From Eledone cirrhosa (lineage: Eukaryota): a stretch of DNA of 64,000 nt. The stretch lies in contig OZ024763.1 of NCBI GenBank assembly GCA_964016885.1, positions 16,306,001-16,370,000 on the forward strand, written 5' to 3'. The notes under the pieces were generated by a model, which was not told the origin of the DNA, made no database searches, and was given only the letters and a program-made list of their open reading frames with translations. A program made the position numbers and the translations under genes. Shown in pieces: positions 40,749 to 54,959 of this stretch. The number at the start of each line of letters is the position of its first letter. Within the stretch, counting starts at the first letter, position 1.

Positions 40749-41500
40749 ATTTTAAAACTTTTTCTCTATTTGCTAGACCTTGATTTTATATATATATATA
40801 AAATATAGCAAATAGAGAAAAAGTTTTAAAATAAATTAAAATTTTTTTTACTGTACTTACTATATGTGCCTTTACCGCGGTTTCTGATCCCAAAATAAAC
40901 AGATAATCCAAGCGGATTTCCATTGAGAAAGTATTAACTTACCATCGAACCACACTGGCATACGGTTGGAAAATACTTGTATCCCTGTGTGTATTATTTA
41001 CACATAGGGATACATACTTTTGTTACTATTCTCCCCTACGGTAGAGAAATCTTTGGTTATTTGAACGGCTGCTATTTTTAGTAGCAGTACATTGACCTGT
41101 CCACCTAGCCTTTGCTTTTGCACACGGTACCAGGCAGAATTGTTTCATCTCTCATTCACTCGCATTCGGGAACAATTGTGTGTGGCGCCAGTTTGTGATT
41201 TGAACTCGAGAATTTTATATTCTCCGAGTGAGAAAAGCCTTCTGATGACAATCTCTTTCTCAATGGAAATCCGCTTGGATTATCTGTTTATTTTGGGATC
41301 AGAAACCGCAGTAAAGGCACATATAGTAAGTACAGTAACATTTAAAAAAATTTATTTTAAAACTCTTTCTCTATTTGCTGGACCTTGATTTTATATGTTC
41401 TGACATGTTAATTTATTAACTTACCATCGAACCACACTGGCATACGATTGGATAATACTTGTATCCTTATGTCTATTATTTAAACATAGGAATACATACT

Positions 41501-41505
<5 letters not shown>
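40740..41505 (+). mobile_element. Hammerhead element with inverted and partial direct repeats
   Basis: Inverted copy 40803-40930 versus 41256-41380; direct repeat starting at 40933 and 41415 (period 482); flanked by (TA)n. Confidence 0.75.
41237..41318 (+). ncRNA. Hammerhead ribozyme with extended stem II
   Basis: GCCTT CTGATGA CAATCTC...GGGATCA GAAA CCGCAG TA AAGGC. The inverted copy at 40870 preserves the palindromic ACCGCGGT stem III. Confidence 0.7.
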
Positions 41506-41562
<57 letters not shown>

Positions 41563-41944
41563 TCATTCTCAGTTACTGCCATCATATAAATGAATAAATG
41601 TATATATATATGAGGATATATATGGAAGTGATAATATGTTATATACATATGTAGATGGTCATACTATATCACACACATGTACACACACATACACACACAC
41701 ACACGCATACACACACATGTACACACACACAGACTGCCTTGTATGTATTTGTATATGTAAATTAGATAATAAGATTTCCACATACACAACCTATATGTGT
41801 GTCTGAGCGTGTGTGTGCATATGTATGTGTGTGTGTATGTGTGCGTGTTTCCCACGTGTGTTGCTTGGGTTTGGCGGCTGATGTATGCTGCAGTTGAGTT
41901 GCTTGGATCCTTATATGTCTTCTTTTGGCTAAGTCTAGGTTGTA

Positions 41945-42810
41945 TGTCCTTCCTAACACCAACTGTTTTACAGAGTGTACTGGGAGCATGGTTTCTACAG
42001 CTGGATGTCCTTCCTAACACCAACTGTTTTACAGAGTGTACTGGGAGCATGGTTTCTACAGCTGGATGTCCTTCCTAACACCAACCACTTTACAGAGTGT
42101 ACTGGGAGCATAGTTTCTACAGCTGGATGTCCTTCCTTACACCAACCACTTTACAGAGTGTACTGGGAGCATGGTTTCTATGGCTGGATGTCCTTCCTAA
42201 CACCAACCACTTTACAGAGTGTACTGGGAGCATGGTTTCTATGGCTAGATGTCCTTCCTAACACCAACTGTTTTACAGAGTGTACTGGGAGCATGGTTTC
42301 TATGGCTGGATGTCCTTCCTAACACCAACCACTTTACAGAGTGTACTGGGAGCATGGTTTCTATGGCTAGATGTCCTTCCTAACACCAACTGTTTTACAG
42401 AGTGTACTGGGAGCATGGTTTCTATGGCTGGGTGTCCTTCCTAACACCAACCACTTTACAGAGTGTACTGGGAGCATGGTTTCTATGGCTGGGTGTCCTT
42501 CCTAACACCAACCACTTTACAGAGTGTACTGAGAGCATGGTTTCTACAGCTGGGTGTCCTTCCTAACACCAACCACTTTACAGAGTGTACTGGGAGCATG
42601 GTTTCTATGGCTGGATGTCCTTCCTAACACCAACCACATTACAGAGTGTACTGGGAGCATGGTTTCTATGGCTGGATGTCCTTCCTAACACCAACCACTT
42701 TACAGAGTGTACTGGGAGCATGGTTTCTATGGCTGGATGTCCTTCCTAACACCAACCACTTTACAGAGTGTACTGGGAGCATGGTTTCTATGGCTGGGTG
42801 TCTTTCCTAA
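41945..42810. repeat. 61-bp minisatellite derived from the SINE/RTE tail, about 14 copies
   Basis: Unit contains tttctacagctggatgtccttcctaacaccaaccactttacag. Confidence 0.92.
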
Positions 42811-43149
42811 GCAATTTCTGCCTTCACCCATTTACAGGATCTTTTGAAGTGAGTGATATTGAGGGTGATAAGTGAGTGAGGGTGAGAACTCAGTGAGGGT
42901 GAGAAGAGAGTTTGGGAAAAGACTTTGAAAAAGAGAGAATGGAATGGAATTATTCTTTTACTGTTTAGTGAGAGAGGGAAGGGCAGTACTCCTGACCTGT
43001 TTCTGGGGTTCCAAGTCTGATGAGAGGAAAGGAGGGATGTTCATTTCCCCTTGACCCTTTTTGGGGCCTCTGAGACTGGCAGGCAGGTGGAGGGAGAAGG
43101 GCAGTCACCATGACCCTTTTCAGGCTTTAACACTTGATTATATATGTAG

Positions 43150-43249
<100 letters not shown>

Positions 43250-43739
43250 AAAGCTTATAACTTCTCTTCATTGCCATCATTCTCTCCATCACTCCCCCAC
43301 TCTCTCTCGCTCCATCTTTTCCCCTCACTCTCTCTATATTTACCCCCTCCCCTCTCCATCACCCCTCCCTCCCTTACACACTCTCTCTCTCTATATATCC
43401 CTCTCTCTCTCTCTCCATCTTTCTCCCCCTCACTCTCTATATTTCCCCCTCCTCTCTCTCAATTCCCTCTCTCACTCATTCCCACACTCACTCACTCACT
43501 CACTCCCATCTTCTCTCACTCACTCCCATCCTCTCTCAGTCACCCCCCCCCCCATTCACTCACCCCCTCCTCCCTCCATCACTCCATCCCTCTCTACTCC
43601 CCCCATCCATCTTCCCACCACTATTTTCCAGAATCTTCAATGACAGACAAAAACACAGTGGAGACCATTTCATTGAGGCTGGCAGAAAAATCGAACTTTA
43701 AGCATGAATAATTTAAGACTAAGTCAGACAGTGTGGCCT

Positions 43740-43797
43740 TAACAACAACTACTACTACTGCTACTGCTACTACTACTACTACTACTACCACTACTGC

Positions 43798-43830
<33 letters not shown>

Positions 43831-43976
43831 TACTACTACTACTACTACTGCTACTACTACTACTACCACTACTACTACCACTACTGCTACTACTACTGCT
43901 ACTACTACCACTACTGCTACTACTGCTACTACTGCTGCTGCTACTACTACTACTACTACTGCTGCTGCTACTACTA

Positions 43977-44013
<37 letters not shown>

Positions 44014-44123
44014 CACTACTACTACTGCTACTACTACTACTACTACTACTACCACTACTGCTACTACTACTACTACTACTACTACCACTACTGCTACTAC
44101 TACTACTACTACTACCACTACTG

Positions 44124-44154
<31 letters not shown>

Positions 44155-44207
44155 CACTACTGCTACTGCTACTACTACTACTGCTACTACTACTACTACC
44201 ACTACTG

Positions 44208-44265
<58 letters not shown>

Positions 44266-44315
44266 CACTACTACTACTACTACTACCACTACTGCTACTA
44301 CTACTACTACTACTA

Positions 44316-44379
<64 letters not shown>

Positions 44380-44525
44380 CACTACTACTACTACTACCAC
44401 TACTGCTACTACTACTACTACCACTACTGCTACTGCTACTACTGCTGCTGCTACTACTACTACTACTACTGCTGCTGCTGCTACTACTACTACTACTACT
44501 ACTGCTACTATTACTGCTGCTGCTA

Positions 44526-44566
<41 letters not shown>

Positions 44567-45440
44567 ACTACTACTACTACTGCTACTACTACAGTTACTA
44601 CTACTACCACTACTACTACCACTACCACCACCACCACCACTACTACTACTACCACCACTACTACTACTACCATCCCCACCACCACCACTACAACGATTAT
44701 TACTACTACTACTTCTACCACAACTACTACTACCACCACCACGATTACTACTACTACTACTACTAGTACTACTACTACTACTACTGCTGTGACTACTACT
44801 ACTACAAGAACAACAATTACTATGACTATTACAACTAAAACAACTCCCACAACCACCATCACTACTACTACTACTACTACTTCTACTATTACTACTACTA
44901 CAACCATCACCCCCACTACAACTACTACCGCAACTACAACTACCACCACCAAAACTACTACCACCATCACACCACCACAACTACCACCACTACCACAACT
45001 ACTACCATCACCACCACTTCTACTATTACTACCCCACCACCACAACTACTACCACCACAACTACCACTACCACCACCACCACCACTACTACCACCACCAC
45101 CACCACCACTACTACTACCACCACCACCACCACTACTACTACCACCACCACCACCACCACCACCACCACTACTACTACTACTACCACCACCACCACCACA
45201 ACTACTACTGCCACTACCAACACCACCACTACCACCAACACCACCACTACTACCACCAACACCACCACTACTACTACTACCACCACCACCACTACCACCA
45301 CCACCACCACCACAACTACTACCACCAACACCACCACTATTACTACTATCACCACCACCACTACCACCACCACCACCAACACCACCACTACTACTACTAC
45401 CACCACCACCACTGCTACCACCACCACCACCACCACCACC
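43740..45440. repeat. (ACT)n/(ACC)n trinucleotide field
   Basis: Direct inspection. Confidence 0.95.
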
Positions 45441-45446
45441 ACTTCC

Positions 45447-46360
45447 ACCCTGAGTTCGTATCTCACTGAGGTCAACTTTGCCTTTCATTTTTTGGAGGTC
45501 AATAAGAAAGTACCAGTCTAATACTGGGGTGGTAAATTCTTCCTCTATATATCTCTATCACTTCTCTCTATCACTCTCTCTCTCCTTTCTCTCTCCTCTC
45601 TCTCTCCTCTCTCTCTCCTCTCTCTCTCCTCTCTCTCTTCCTCTCTCTCCTCTCTCTCCTCTCTCTCTCCTCTCTCTCCTCTCTCTCTCTCCTCTCTCTC
45701 TCTCCTCTCTCTCTCTCCTCTCTCTCCTCTCTCTCCTCTCTCTCTCTCCTCTCTCTCTCTCCTCTCTCTCTCTCCTCTCTCTCCTCTCTCTCTCTCCTCT
45801 CTCTCTCTCCTCTCTCTCTCTCCTCTCTCTCTCCTTTTTCTCTCCTCTCTCTCTCCTTTTTCTCTCCTCTCTCTCTCTCCTTTTCTCTCCTTTCTCTCTC
45901 CTCTCTCTCTCTCCTCTCTCTCTCTCCTTTCTCTCTCTCCTTTCTCTCTCCTTTCTCTCTCCTCTCTCTCTCCTTTCTCTCTCCTCTCTCTCTCTCCTTT
46001 CTCTCTCCTTTCTCTCTCTCCTTTCTCTCTCCTCTCTCTATCACTCTCTCTCTCCTTTCTCTCTCCCCTCTCTCTCTATCACTCCTCTCTCTCCTCTCTC
46101 TCTATCACTCCTCTCTCTCTCCTCTCTCTATCACTCTCTCCTTCTCTATCACTTTCTCTCCTCCTCTATCACTCTCATTCTCTATCACTCTCTCTCCTCT
46201 ATCACTCTCTCTCCTTCTCTATCACTCTCTCTATCCTTCTCTGGAAGACATTAGCTGTGTTCAGACTTGGAGAAGGGCTGGGCTTTACCCTGTGTTTAAA
46301 ATACCCAAGGTGTGCCATAGCTGTATGTCACTAAGACACCCCTATGACTCCAGCAAGTAT
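45447..46360 (+). mobile_element. Meta-like SINE split by about 700 bp of CT-rich simple repeat
   Basis: Core at 45447-45535, tail at 46235-46360. Confidence 0.65.
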
Positions 46361-46860
46361 TATGTAATGATCCATATATGTTTTATATATATATATATAA
46401 AACATGAGAAGAAAGAAGAATACTGCGTGGTTTGCACATGGGTTACATATGATAAAAATAGTCCTTCATCAGTGATTTTCCAACCATCATTGGTATTTCA
46501 TCGCATTAAAAATCATATACCTCAGGTTGGTGCGAGCAATAATCTAAAAAAAGTTATTGGGACCAGTAAATCGCGTAAAGCGAGGGGGACAAGTGAACAA
46601 CATAGAAGGATAAAAACAAACCAAAGAAAGGAAAAAAACAAGCAACATGGTTGTCCTGGTCAGCATAAGCTGGGTGGATTTCATGAGCGAAAAGTATAGA
46701 CGTCCGACCTGAGTGAGATGTAAGCAAGAAGAGAGGCCCACTGTTAGCCAAACGGGAGGAAGTGAGAAGGGGAGAAACAGAGAGTGAGTGGAAGTGCGAG
46801 GAAGCAGTCAGTCGAGAGAAAGTGTAACTGACAGAGGGGGCGAAAGAAGGTGAGAGAAAC

Positions 46861-46896
<36 letters not shown>

Positions 46897-46900
<4 letters not shown>

Positions 46901-47100
46901 GTTATATTTAATTTGTTGGGATACAACAAGCAAAATATTTTTATAACTGGTATAAAGCACTCAACAAATTAATTGGAGTAAATATACAATATATTAACAA
47001 ATGGAAACTATATTTATAAAACCATATTTATTTCATTATACATATTTCAAGGGCCACCAAGGCAGATAAAATATAATATAGATTAGTTTTATAAATAATA
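46897..47100 (-). mobile_element. Hammerhead element copy with deleted catalytic core
   Basis: Matches 11778-11990 but lacks the segment containing TCATCAG (deletion at a cag microhomology). Confidence 0.65.
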
Positions 47101-47206
47101 TATATATATATATATATGTGTAAAAAGTAAACAGAAATAACAACACAATTGCTACAGTATATGGAAGGAATATATTAGTTTAACACTTGAAACAGCAGGA
47201 AGAGGG

Positions 47207-47242
47207 TCTTAACGTTTCGGACGCTAGTCCTTTATCAGAAGA
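47207..47242 (-). ncRNA. Minimal type I hammerhead ribozyme (CTGATGA mutated to CTGATAA)
   Basis: Minus strand: TCTT CTGATAA AGGAC-TAGC-GTCC GAAA CGTT AAGA; paralogue of 3995-4030. Confidence 0.6.
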
Positions 47243-47800
47243 AAGAATGAGAAATAAGATAGATTGAAGGGAAGGGCGGGATGGAATTGGAAAAAATGTC
47301 TTTAGATAAAAATAACAGGTCCATTCATGTTGACATCTCTCATGATTTCTGGGGGAATGTCCCAGCTGTATATTTCTTCTTTTAGTTGAAGGAAGGGAAA
47401 CCCCAGTCTCTGGGAATGGTAGGAGGTGGGGAGGGTACAGCTGTTGACATTTTTTCATTATATGTAATGAAAATACAGTTTGAGGAGGCTTAGTTAGATG
47501 GACAGATAGATAGATTGATAAATATATATATATCATCATCATCATCATCGTTTAACATCTATCTTCCACGCTAGCATGGGTTAGACGGGAATTGTCCCAC
47601 TTAAGGCAAGATTGGTTGGGTGACCGGGTCTTGCTCATATAGGACTATCTGGCAGGTTTTCTACAGCTGGCTGCCCTTCTTAACACCAACCACACACACA
47701 CACACACACACACACACATGATTATCAGAGTTTATCTGGTACCCGTGGCTTAGCCAGAGTTTGTTGTACTACTCAGGACAGTAGCAGTACTTGAGTCTGA

Positions 47801-50800
47801 AGTTCCCCTTCTCCTAAATTAGATGTAACTCCCCTTCTCCTAAATTAGATGTAACTCCCCTTCTCCTAAATTAAATGTGAACTCCCCTTCTCCTAAATTA
47901 AATGTGAACTCCCCTTCTCCTAAATTAAATGTGAACTCCCCTTCTCCTAAATTAGATGTAACTCCCCTTCTCCTAAATTAAATGTGAACTCCCCTTCTCC
48001 TAAATTAAATGTGAACTCCCCTTCTCCTAAATTAGATGTAACTCCCCTTCTCCTAAATTAGATGTAACTCCCCTTCTCCTAAATTAAATGTGAACTCCCC
48101 TTCTCCTAAATTAAATGTGAACTCCCCTTCCCCTAAATTAAATGTGAACTCCCCTTCTCCTAAATTAGATGTAACTCCCCTTCCCCTAAATTAGATGTAA
48201 CTCCCCTTCCCCTAAATTAGATGTAACTCCCCTTCTCCTAAATTAGATGTAACTCCCCTTCCCCTAAATTAGATGTAACTCCCCTTCTCCTAAATTAGAT
48301 GTAACTCCCCTTCCCCTAAATTAGATGTAACTCCCCTTCCCCTAAATTAGATGTAACTCCCTTCTCCTAAATTAAATGTGAACTCCCCTTCTCCTAAATT
48401 AAATGTGAACTCCCCTTCCCCTAAATTAAATGTGAACTCCCCTTCCCCTAAATTAGATGTGAACTCCCCTTCTCCTAAATTAGATGTAACTCCCCTTCCC
48501 CTAAATTAGATGTAACTCCCCTTCTCCTAAATTAGATGTAACTCCCCTTCCCCTAAATTAGATGTGACTCCCCTTCCCCCAAATTAGATGTGACTCCCCT
48601 TCCCCCAAATTAGATGTAACTCCCCTTCTCCTAAATTAGATGTAACTCCCCTTCCCCTAAATTAGATGTAACTCCCCTTCCCCTAAATTAGATGTAACTC
48701 CCCTTCTCCTAAATTAGATGTAACTCCCCTTCCCCTAAATTAGATGTAACTCCCCTTCCCCTAAATTAGATATAACTCCCCTTCTCCTAAATTAGATGTA
48801 ACTCCCCTTCTCCTAAATTAGATGTAACTCCCCTTCCCCTAAATTAGATGTAACTCCCCTTCCCCTAAATTAGATGTAACTCCCCTTCTCCCAAATTAGA
48901 TGTAACTCCCCTTCCCCTAAATTAGATGTAACTCCCCTTCCCCTAAATTAGATGTAACTCCCCTTCCCCTAAATTAGATGTAACTCCCCTTCTCCTAAAT
49001 TAGATGTAACTCCCCTTCCCCTAAATTAGATGTAACTCCCCTTCCCCTAAATTAGATGTAACTCCCCTTCCCCTAAATTAGATGTAACTCCCCTTCTCCT
49101 AAATTAGATGTAACTCCCCTTCCCCTAAATTAGATGTAACTCCCCTTCTCCTAAATTAGATGTAACTCCCCTTCCCCTAAATTAGATGTAACTCCCCTTC
49201 CCCTAAATTAGATGTGACTCCCCTTCCCCCAAATTAGATGTGACTCCCCTTCCCCCAAATTAGATGTAACTCCCCTTCTCCTAAATTAGATGTAACTCCC
49301 CTTCTCCTAAATTAGATGTAACTCCCCTTCTCCTAAATTAGATGTAACTCCCCTTCTCCTAAATTAGATGTAACTCCCCTTCTCCTAAATTAGATGTAAC
49401 TCCCCTTCTCCTAAATTAGATGTAACTCCCCTTCTCCTAAATTAGATGTAACTCCCCTTCTCCTAAATTAGATGTAGCTCCTCTTCCCCTAAATTAGATG
49501 TAACTCCCCTTCTCCTAAATTAGATGTAACTCCCCTTCTCCTAAATTAGATGTAACTCCCCTTCCCCTAAATTAGATGTGACTCCCCTTCCCCCAAATTA
49601 GATGTGACTCCCCTTCCCCCAAATTAGATGTAACTCCCCTTCTCCTAAATTAGATGTAACTCCCCTTCTCCTAAATTAGATGTAACTCCCCTTCTCCTAA
49701 ATTAGATGTAACTCCCCTTCTCCTAAATTAGATGTAACTCCCCTTCCCCTAAATTAGATGTGAACTCCCCTTCTCCTAAATTAGATGTAACTCCCCTTCT
49801 CCTAAATTAGATGTAACTCCCCTTCCCCTAAATTAGATGTGAACTCCCCTTCTCCTAAATTAGATGTAACTCCCCTTCTCCTAAATTAGATGTGAACTCC
49901 CCTTCTCCTAAATTAGATGTAACTCCCCTTCCCCTAAATTAGATGTGAGCTCCTCTTCTCCTAAATTAGATGTGACTCCCCTTCTCCTAAATTAGATGTG
50001 ACTCCCCTTCTCCTAAATTAGATGTAACTCCCCTTCTCCTAAATTAGATGTAACTCCCCTTCTCCTAAATTAGATGTAACTCCCCTTCCCCTAAATTAGA
50101 TGTAACTCCCCTTCCCCTAAATTAGATGTAACTCCCCTTCCCCTAAATTAGATGTGAACTCCCCTTCCCCTAAATTAGATGTAACTCCCCTTCTCCTAAA
50201 TTAGATGTAACTCCCCTTCCCCTAAATTAGATGTAACTCCCCTTCCCCTAAATTAGATGTAACTCCCCTTCCCCTAAATTAGATGTAACTCCCCTTCCCC
50301 TAAATTAGATGTAACTCCCCTTCCCCTAAATTAGATGTAACTCCCCTTCCCCTAAATTAGATGTAACTCCCCTTCTCCTAAATTAGATGTAACTCCCCTT
50401 CCCCTAAATTAGATGTAACTCCCCTTCCCCTAAATTAGATGTAACTCCCCTTCCCCTAAATTAGATGTAACTCCCCTTCCCCTAAATTAGATGTAACTCC
50501 CCTTCCCCTAAATTAGATGTAACTCCCCTTCTCCTAAATTAGATGTAACTCCCCTTCCCCTAAATTAGATGTAACTCCCCTTCCCCTAAATTAGATGTAA
50601 CTCCCCTTCTCCTAAATTAGATGTAACTCCCCTTCCCCTAAATTAGATGTAACTCCCCTTCTCCTAAATTAGATGTAACTCCCCTTCTCCTAAATTAGAT
50701 GTAACTCCCCTTCTCCTAAATTAGATGTAACTCCCCTTCCCCTAAATTAGATGTAACTCCCCTTCTCCTAAATTAGATGTAACTCCCCTTCCCCTAAATT

Positions 50801-53269
50801 AGATGTAACTCCCCTTCTCCTAAATTAGATGTAACTCCCCTTCTCCTAAATTAGATGTAACTCCCCTTCCCCTAAATTAGATGTAACTCCCCTTCCCCTA
50901 AATTAGATGTAACTCCCCTTCTCCTAAATTAGACGTAACTCCCCTTCTCCTAAATTAGATGTAACTCCCCTTCTCCTAAATTAGATGTAACTCCCCTTCC
51001 CCTAAATTAGATGTAACTCCCCTTCCCCTAAATTAGATGTAACTCCCCTTCCCCTAAATTAGATGTAACTCCCCTTCTCCTAAATTAGATATAACTCCCC
51101 TTCCCCTAAATTAGATGTAACTCCCCTTCTCCTAAGTTAGATGTAACTCCCCTTCTCCTAAATTAGATGTAACTCCCCTTCTCCTAAATTAGATGTAACT
51201 CCCCTTCTCCTAAATTAGATGTAACTCCCCTTCCCCTAAATTAGATGTAACTCCCCTTCTCCTAAATTAGATGTAACTCCCCTTCTCCTAAATTAGATGT
51301 AACTCCCCTTCCCCTAAATTAGATGTAACTCCCCTTCTCCTAAATTAGATGTAACTCCCCTTCTCCTAAATTAGATGTAACTCCCCTTCCCCTAAATTAG
51401 ATGTGAACTCCCCTTCCCCTAAATTAGATGTAACTCCCCTTCTCCTAAATTAGATGTAACTCCCCTTCCCCTAAATTAGATGTAACTCCCCTTCTCCTAA
51501 ATTAGATGTAACTCCCCTTCTCCTAAATTAGATGTAACTCCCCTTCCCCTAAATTAGATGTAACTCCCCTTCTCCTAAATTAGATGTAACTCCCCTTCCC
51601 CTAAATTAGATGTAACTCCCCTTCCCCTAAATTAGATATAACTCCCCCTCCCCTAAATTAGATGTAACTCCCCTTCTCCTAAATTAGATGTAACTCCTCT
51701 TCCCCTAAATTAGATGTGAACTCCCCTTCTCCTAAATTAGATGTAACTCCCCTTCCCCTAAATTAGATGTGAACTCCCCTTCTCCTAAATTAGATGTGAA
51801 CTCCCCTTCTCCTAAATTAGATGTAACTCCTCTTCCCCTAAATTAGATGTAACTCCCCTTCCCCTAAATTAGATGTAACTCCCCTTCCCCTAAATTAGAT
51901 GTAACTCCCCTTCTCCTAAATTAGATGTAACTCCCCTTCTCCTAAATTAGATGTAACTCCCCTTCTCCTAAATTAGATGTGAACTCCCCTTCTCCTAAAT
52001 TAGATGTGAACTCCCCTTCTCCTAAATTAGATGTAACTCCCCTTCTCCTAAATTAGATGTAACTCCCCTTCTCCTAAATTAGATGTGAACTCCCCTTCTC
52101 CTAAATTAGATGTAACTCCTCTTCCCCTAAATTAGATGTAACTCCCCTTCTCCTAAATTAGATGTAACTCCTCTTCCCCTAAATTAGATGTAACTCCCCT
52201 TCTCCTAAATTAGATGTAACTCCCCTTCTCCTAAATTAGATGTAACTCCTCTTCCCCTAAATTAAATGTGAACTCCCCTTCTCCTAAATTAGACGTAACT
52301 CCCCTTCTCCTAAATTAGATGTAACTCCCCTTCTCCTAAATTAGATGTAACTCCTCTTCCCCTAAATTAAATGTGAACTCCCCTTCTCCTAAATTAGATG
52401 TAACTCCTCTTCCCCTAAATTAAATGTGAACTCCCCTTCTCCTAAATTAGATGTAACTCCCCTTCTCCTAAATTAGATGTGAACTCCCCTTCTCCTAAAT
52501 TAGATGTGAACTCCCCTTCTCCTAAATTAGATGTGAACTCCCCTTCTCCTAAATTAGATGTAACTCCCCTTCTCCTAAGTTAGATGTAACTCCCCTTCTC
52601 CTAAATTAGATGTGAACTCCCCTTCTCCTAAATTAGATGTAACTCCCCTTCTCCTAAATTAGATGTAACTCCTCTTCCCCTAAATTAAATGTGAACTCCC
52701 CTTCTCCTAAATTAGATATAACTCCTCTTCCCCTAAATTAAATGTGAACTCCCCTTCTCCTAAATTAGATGTAACTCCCCTTCTCCTAAATTAGATGTAA
52801 CTCCCCTTCTCCTAAATTAGATGTAACTCCCCTTCTCCTAAATTAGATGTAACTCCCCTTCTCCTAAATTAGATGTAACTCCCCTTCTCCTAAATTAGAT
52901 GTAACTCCCCTTCTCCTAAATTAGATGTAACTCCCCTTCTCCTAAATTAGATGTAACTCCCCTTCCCCTAAATTAGATGTAACTCCTCTTCCCCTAAATT
53001 AGATGTAACTCCCCTTCTCCTAAATTAGATGTAACTCCTCTTCCCCTAAATTAGATGTAACTCCCCTTCTCCTAAATTAGATGTAACTCCTCTTCCCCTA
53101 AATTAGATGTAACTCCCCTTCTCCTAAATTAGATGTAACTCCTCTTCCCCTAAATTAGATGTAACTCCCCTTCTCCTAAATTAGATGTAACTCCTCTTCC
53201 CCTAAATTAAATGTGAACTCCCCTTCTCCTAAATTAGATGTAACTCCCCTTCCTCTAAATTAGATGTAG
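47801..53269. repeat. 26/27-bp satellite, about 200 copies
   Basis: Unit aactccccttc(t/c)cctaaattagatgt(g). Confidence 0.97.
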
Positions 53270-53905
53270 CTCAGCCCCATAAATGAGGAATGGGTGGGCA
53301 GAGATTGTGGGCTAGGGTCCTACATCATTTTAGGGTTTATCTGGTACCTGTGGCATAGCCAGAGGTTGTTGTACTACTCAGTGCAGTAGCTGTACGTGAG
53401 CCTGAAGTTCACCTCTCCCTAAATAAGAGTAGCTCAGCCCCATAAATGAGGAATGGGGTGGGGAAGAGACTGGGCAGAGATTGTGGGCTCGGGTCCTACA
53501 TCATTTTAGGGTTTATCTGGTACCTGTGGCATAGCCAGAGGTTGTTGTACTACTCAGTGCAGTAGCTGTACGTGAGCCTGAAGTTCACCTCCCCCTAAAT
53601 AAGAGTAGCTCAGCCCCATAAATGAGTGATAGCATGGGGAAGAGCAGGGACTGGGGACTCTGGGCTGGGGGCCTACACCATTATCTGGGTTTATCTGGTA
53701 CCTGTGGCTTAGTTGAGTCTGATATTTTTTTGTAGTTTTTCATAATGAGATTTAGCTCAGCCCCGTAAGTGATGTGGAGGGGGGGGGACGACTAGGGACT
53801 CTGTGCTGGGGTCCTACATGATTTTCAGGGTTAATCGGGTCCTGTGGCTTAGCCAGAGTTTGTTGTACTACTCGGTGCAGTAGCAGTACTTGAGTCTGAA
53901 GTCCC
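53270..53905. repeat. Degenerate tandem repeat (about 180-190 bp), parent of the 26-bp satellite
   Basis: gggtttatctggtacctgtggc..agccagag..ttgttgtactactc..ctgaagttc recurs at about 47730, 53333, 53509, 53687 and 53828. Confidence 0.85.
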
Positions 53906-53969
53906 TCCCCTCCCACCCTTCTAAATTTCCCACTCTCCCACCCACAACTCAATACACATCAAACATAGG

Positions 53970-54262
53970 GTAAAGATCCCATAACTCTTTGTGGCATCTT
54001 AGAGGCACCATCATACGGTGTGTCTAGGGCAGATTTAAACCTGGCGGAGCCCAACCCTCTCCAGCTCTACACAGCCGATTTTTTTTCTCTAGAGGAATAA
54101 TTGACCCCCCAGTACAGAACTGGTACTTTTTTTATCGACCCGGAATGGATGAAAGGCAAGGTTGACAACGGCGGGATTTGAACTCAGAGCGCGCAATGAG
54201 GTGGGACAAATACCGTAAAACCTTCTATCTGACGTCTGAAGGAATCTGGCAATTCACTGCCT
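53970..54262 (-). mobile_element. Meta-like SINE, long-tail subfamily
   Basis: Homologous to 36545-36837. Confidence 0.85.
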
Positions 54263-54470
54263 TACATCAAACATGAAACACGCTAAAATGAAAAAAGTGA
54301 CGCCAGGGCCGAACGAATAACCCCCCCCCCCTCTCTCCAAACCCACCTCCACCTCCACCACCTCTTCATGAAGCAATGTTAATGTCCAGTTTCTATTTTC
54401 AGGTCAGTTAGAAGCCATCTTTCTCAAAAGGTCAACTCAAATCTTTTCCTTTGCTTACTTATTTACTTAC

Positions 54471-54546
54471 TATATAAAATAAGAATTTCCTCACGGAAGG
54501 GAGTTTCGCATTCCCTTTCTGTCATAGATTGTATATGCCTTGTCAT
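54471..54546 (-). CDS. Candidate first coding exon segment of an unidentified gene
   Basis: Minus strand ATG..MTRHIQSMTERECETPFREEILILY plus one base, then a consensus donor GTAAGT (54465-54470). Phase 1, compatible with the 15183-15254 exon. Confidence 0.3.
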
Positions 54547-54959
54547 AAAACGTGATTTTATATGCCCGGAAGGTGGCGGCGGTGGGGATTGGGGGGGGGG
54601 GGGCGGTGGCGGGCGGAAGGGTGGTGCTGCTGCTGGAGTTCTTTTGTTTGTTTCTTTCTTTCTTTCTTTGTCTTTTTTGATTGAGTGGACAAGAAATGGG
54701 ACTGGAAACAGTCTACAGAAATACAACCCTCCGAATGAAGAAACTCATAAAAATCTGATTTGTTAAACAACAAAGAATAATAATAATAATAACAATAATA
54801 ATAATAATAACAATAATAATAATAATAACAACAATAATGCTAATAATAATAGTGATAATAATAATAGTGATAATGATGATTGAGCTCTTTTATTGCTGTG
54901 TGGTTGCTAGCTTCTGCTTGCTTTTTCGTTGAAATTGATCGGCCTTGTTACATATACAA

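Noticed and set aside
43621-45488. Long ORFs (poly-Thr mucin-like, poly-Val, poly-Ser, poly-His)
   Set aside because: They are open on both strands only because of ACT/ACC trinucleotide repeats; no flanking domain or splice support.
46455-46480. Minus-strand CTGATGAAGGAC
   Set aside because: No GAAA half or closing stems were found nearby.
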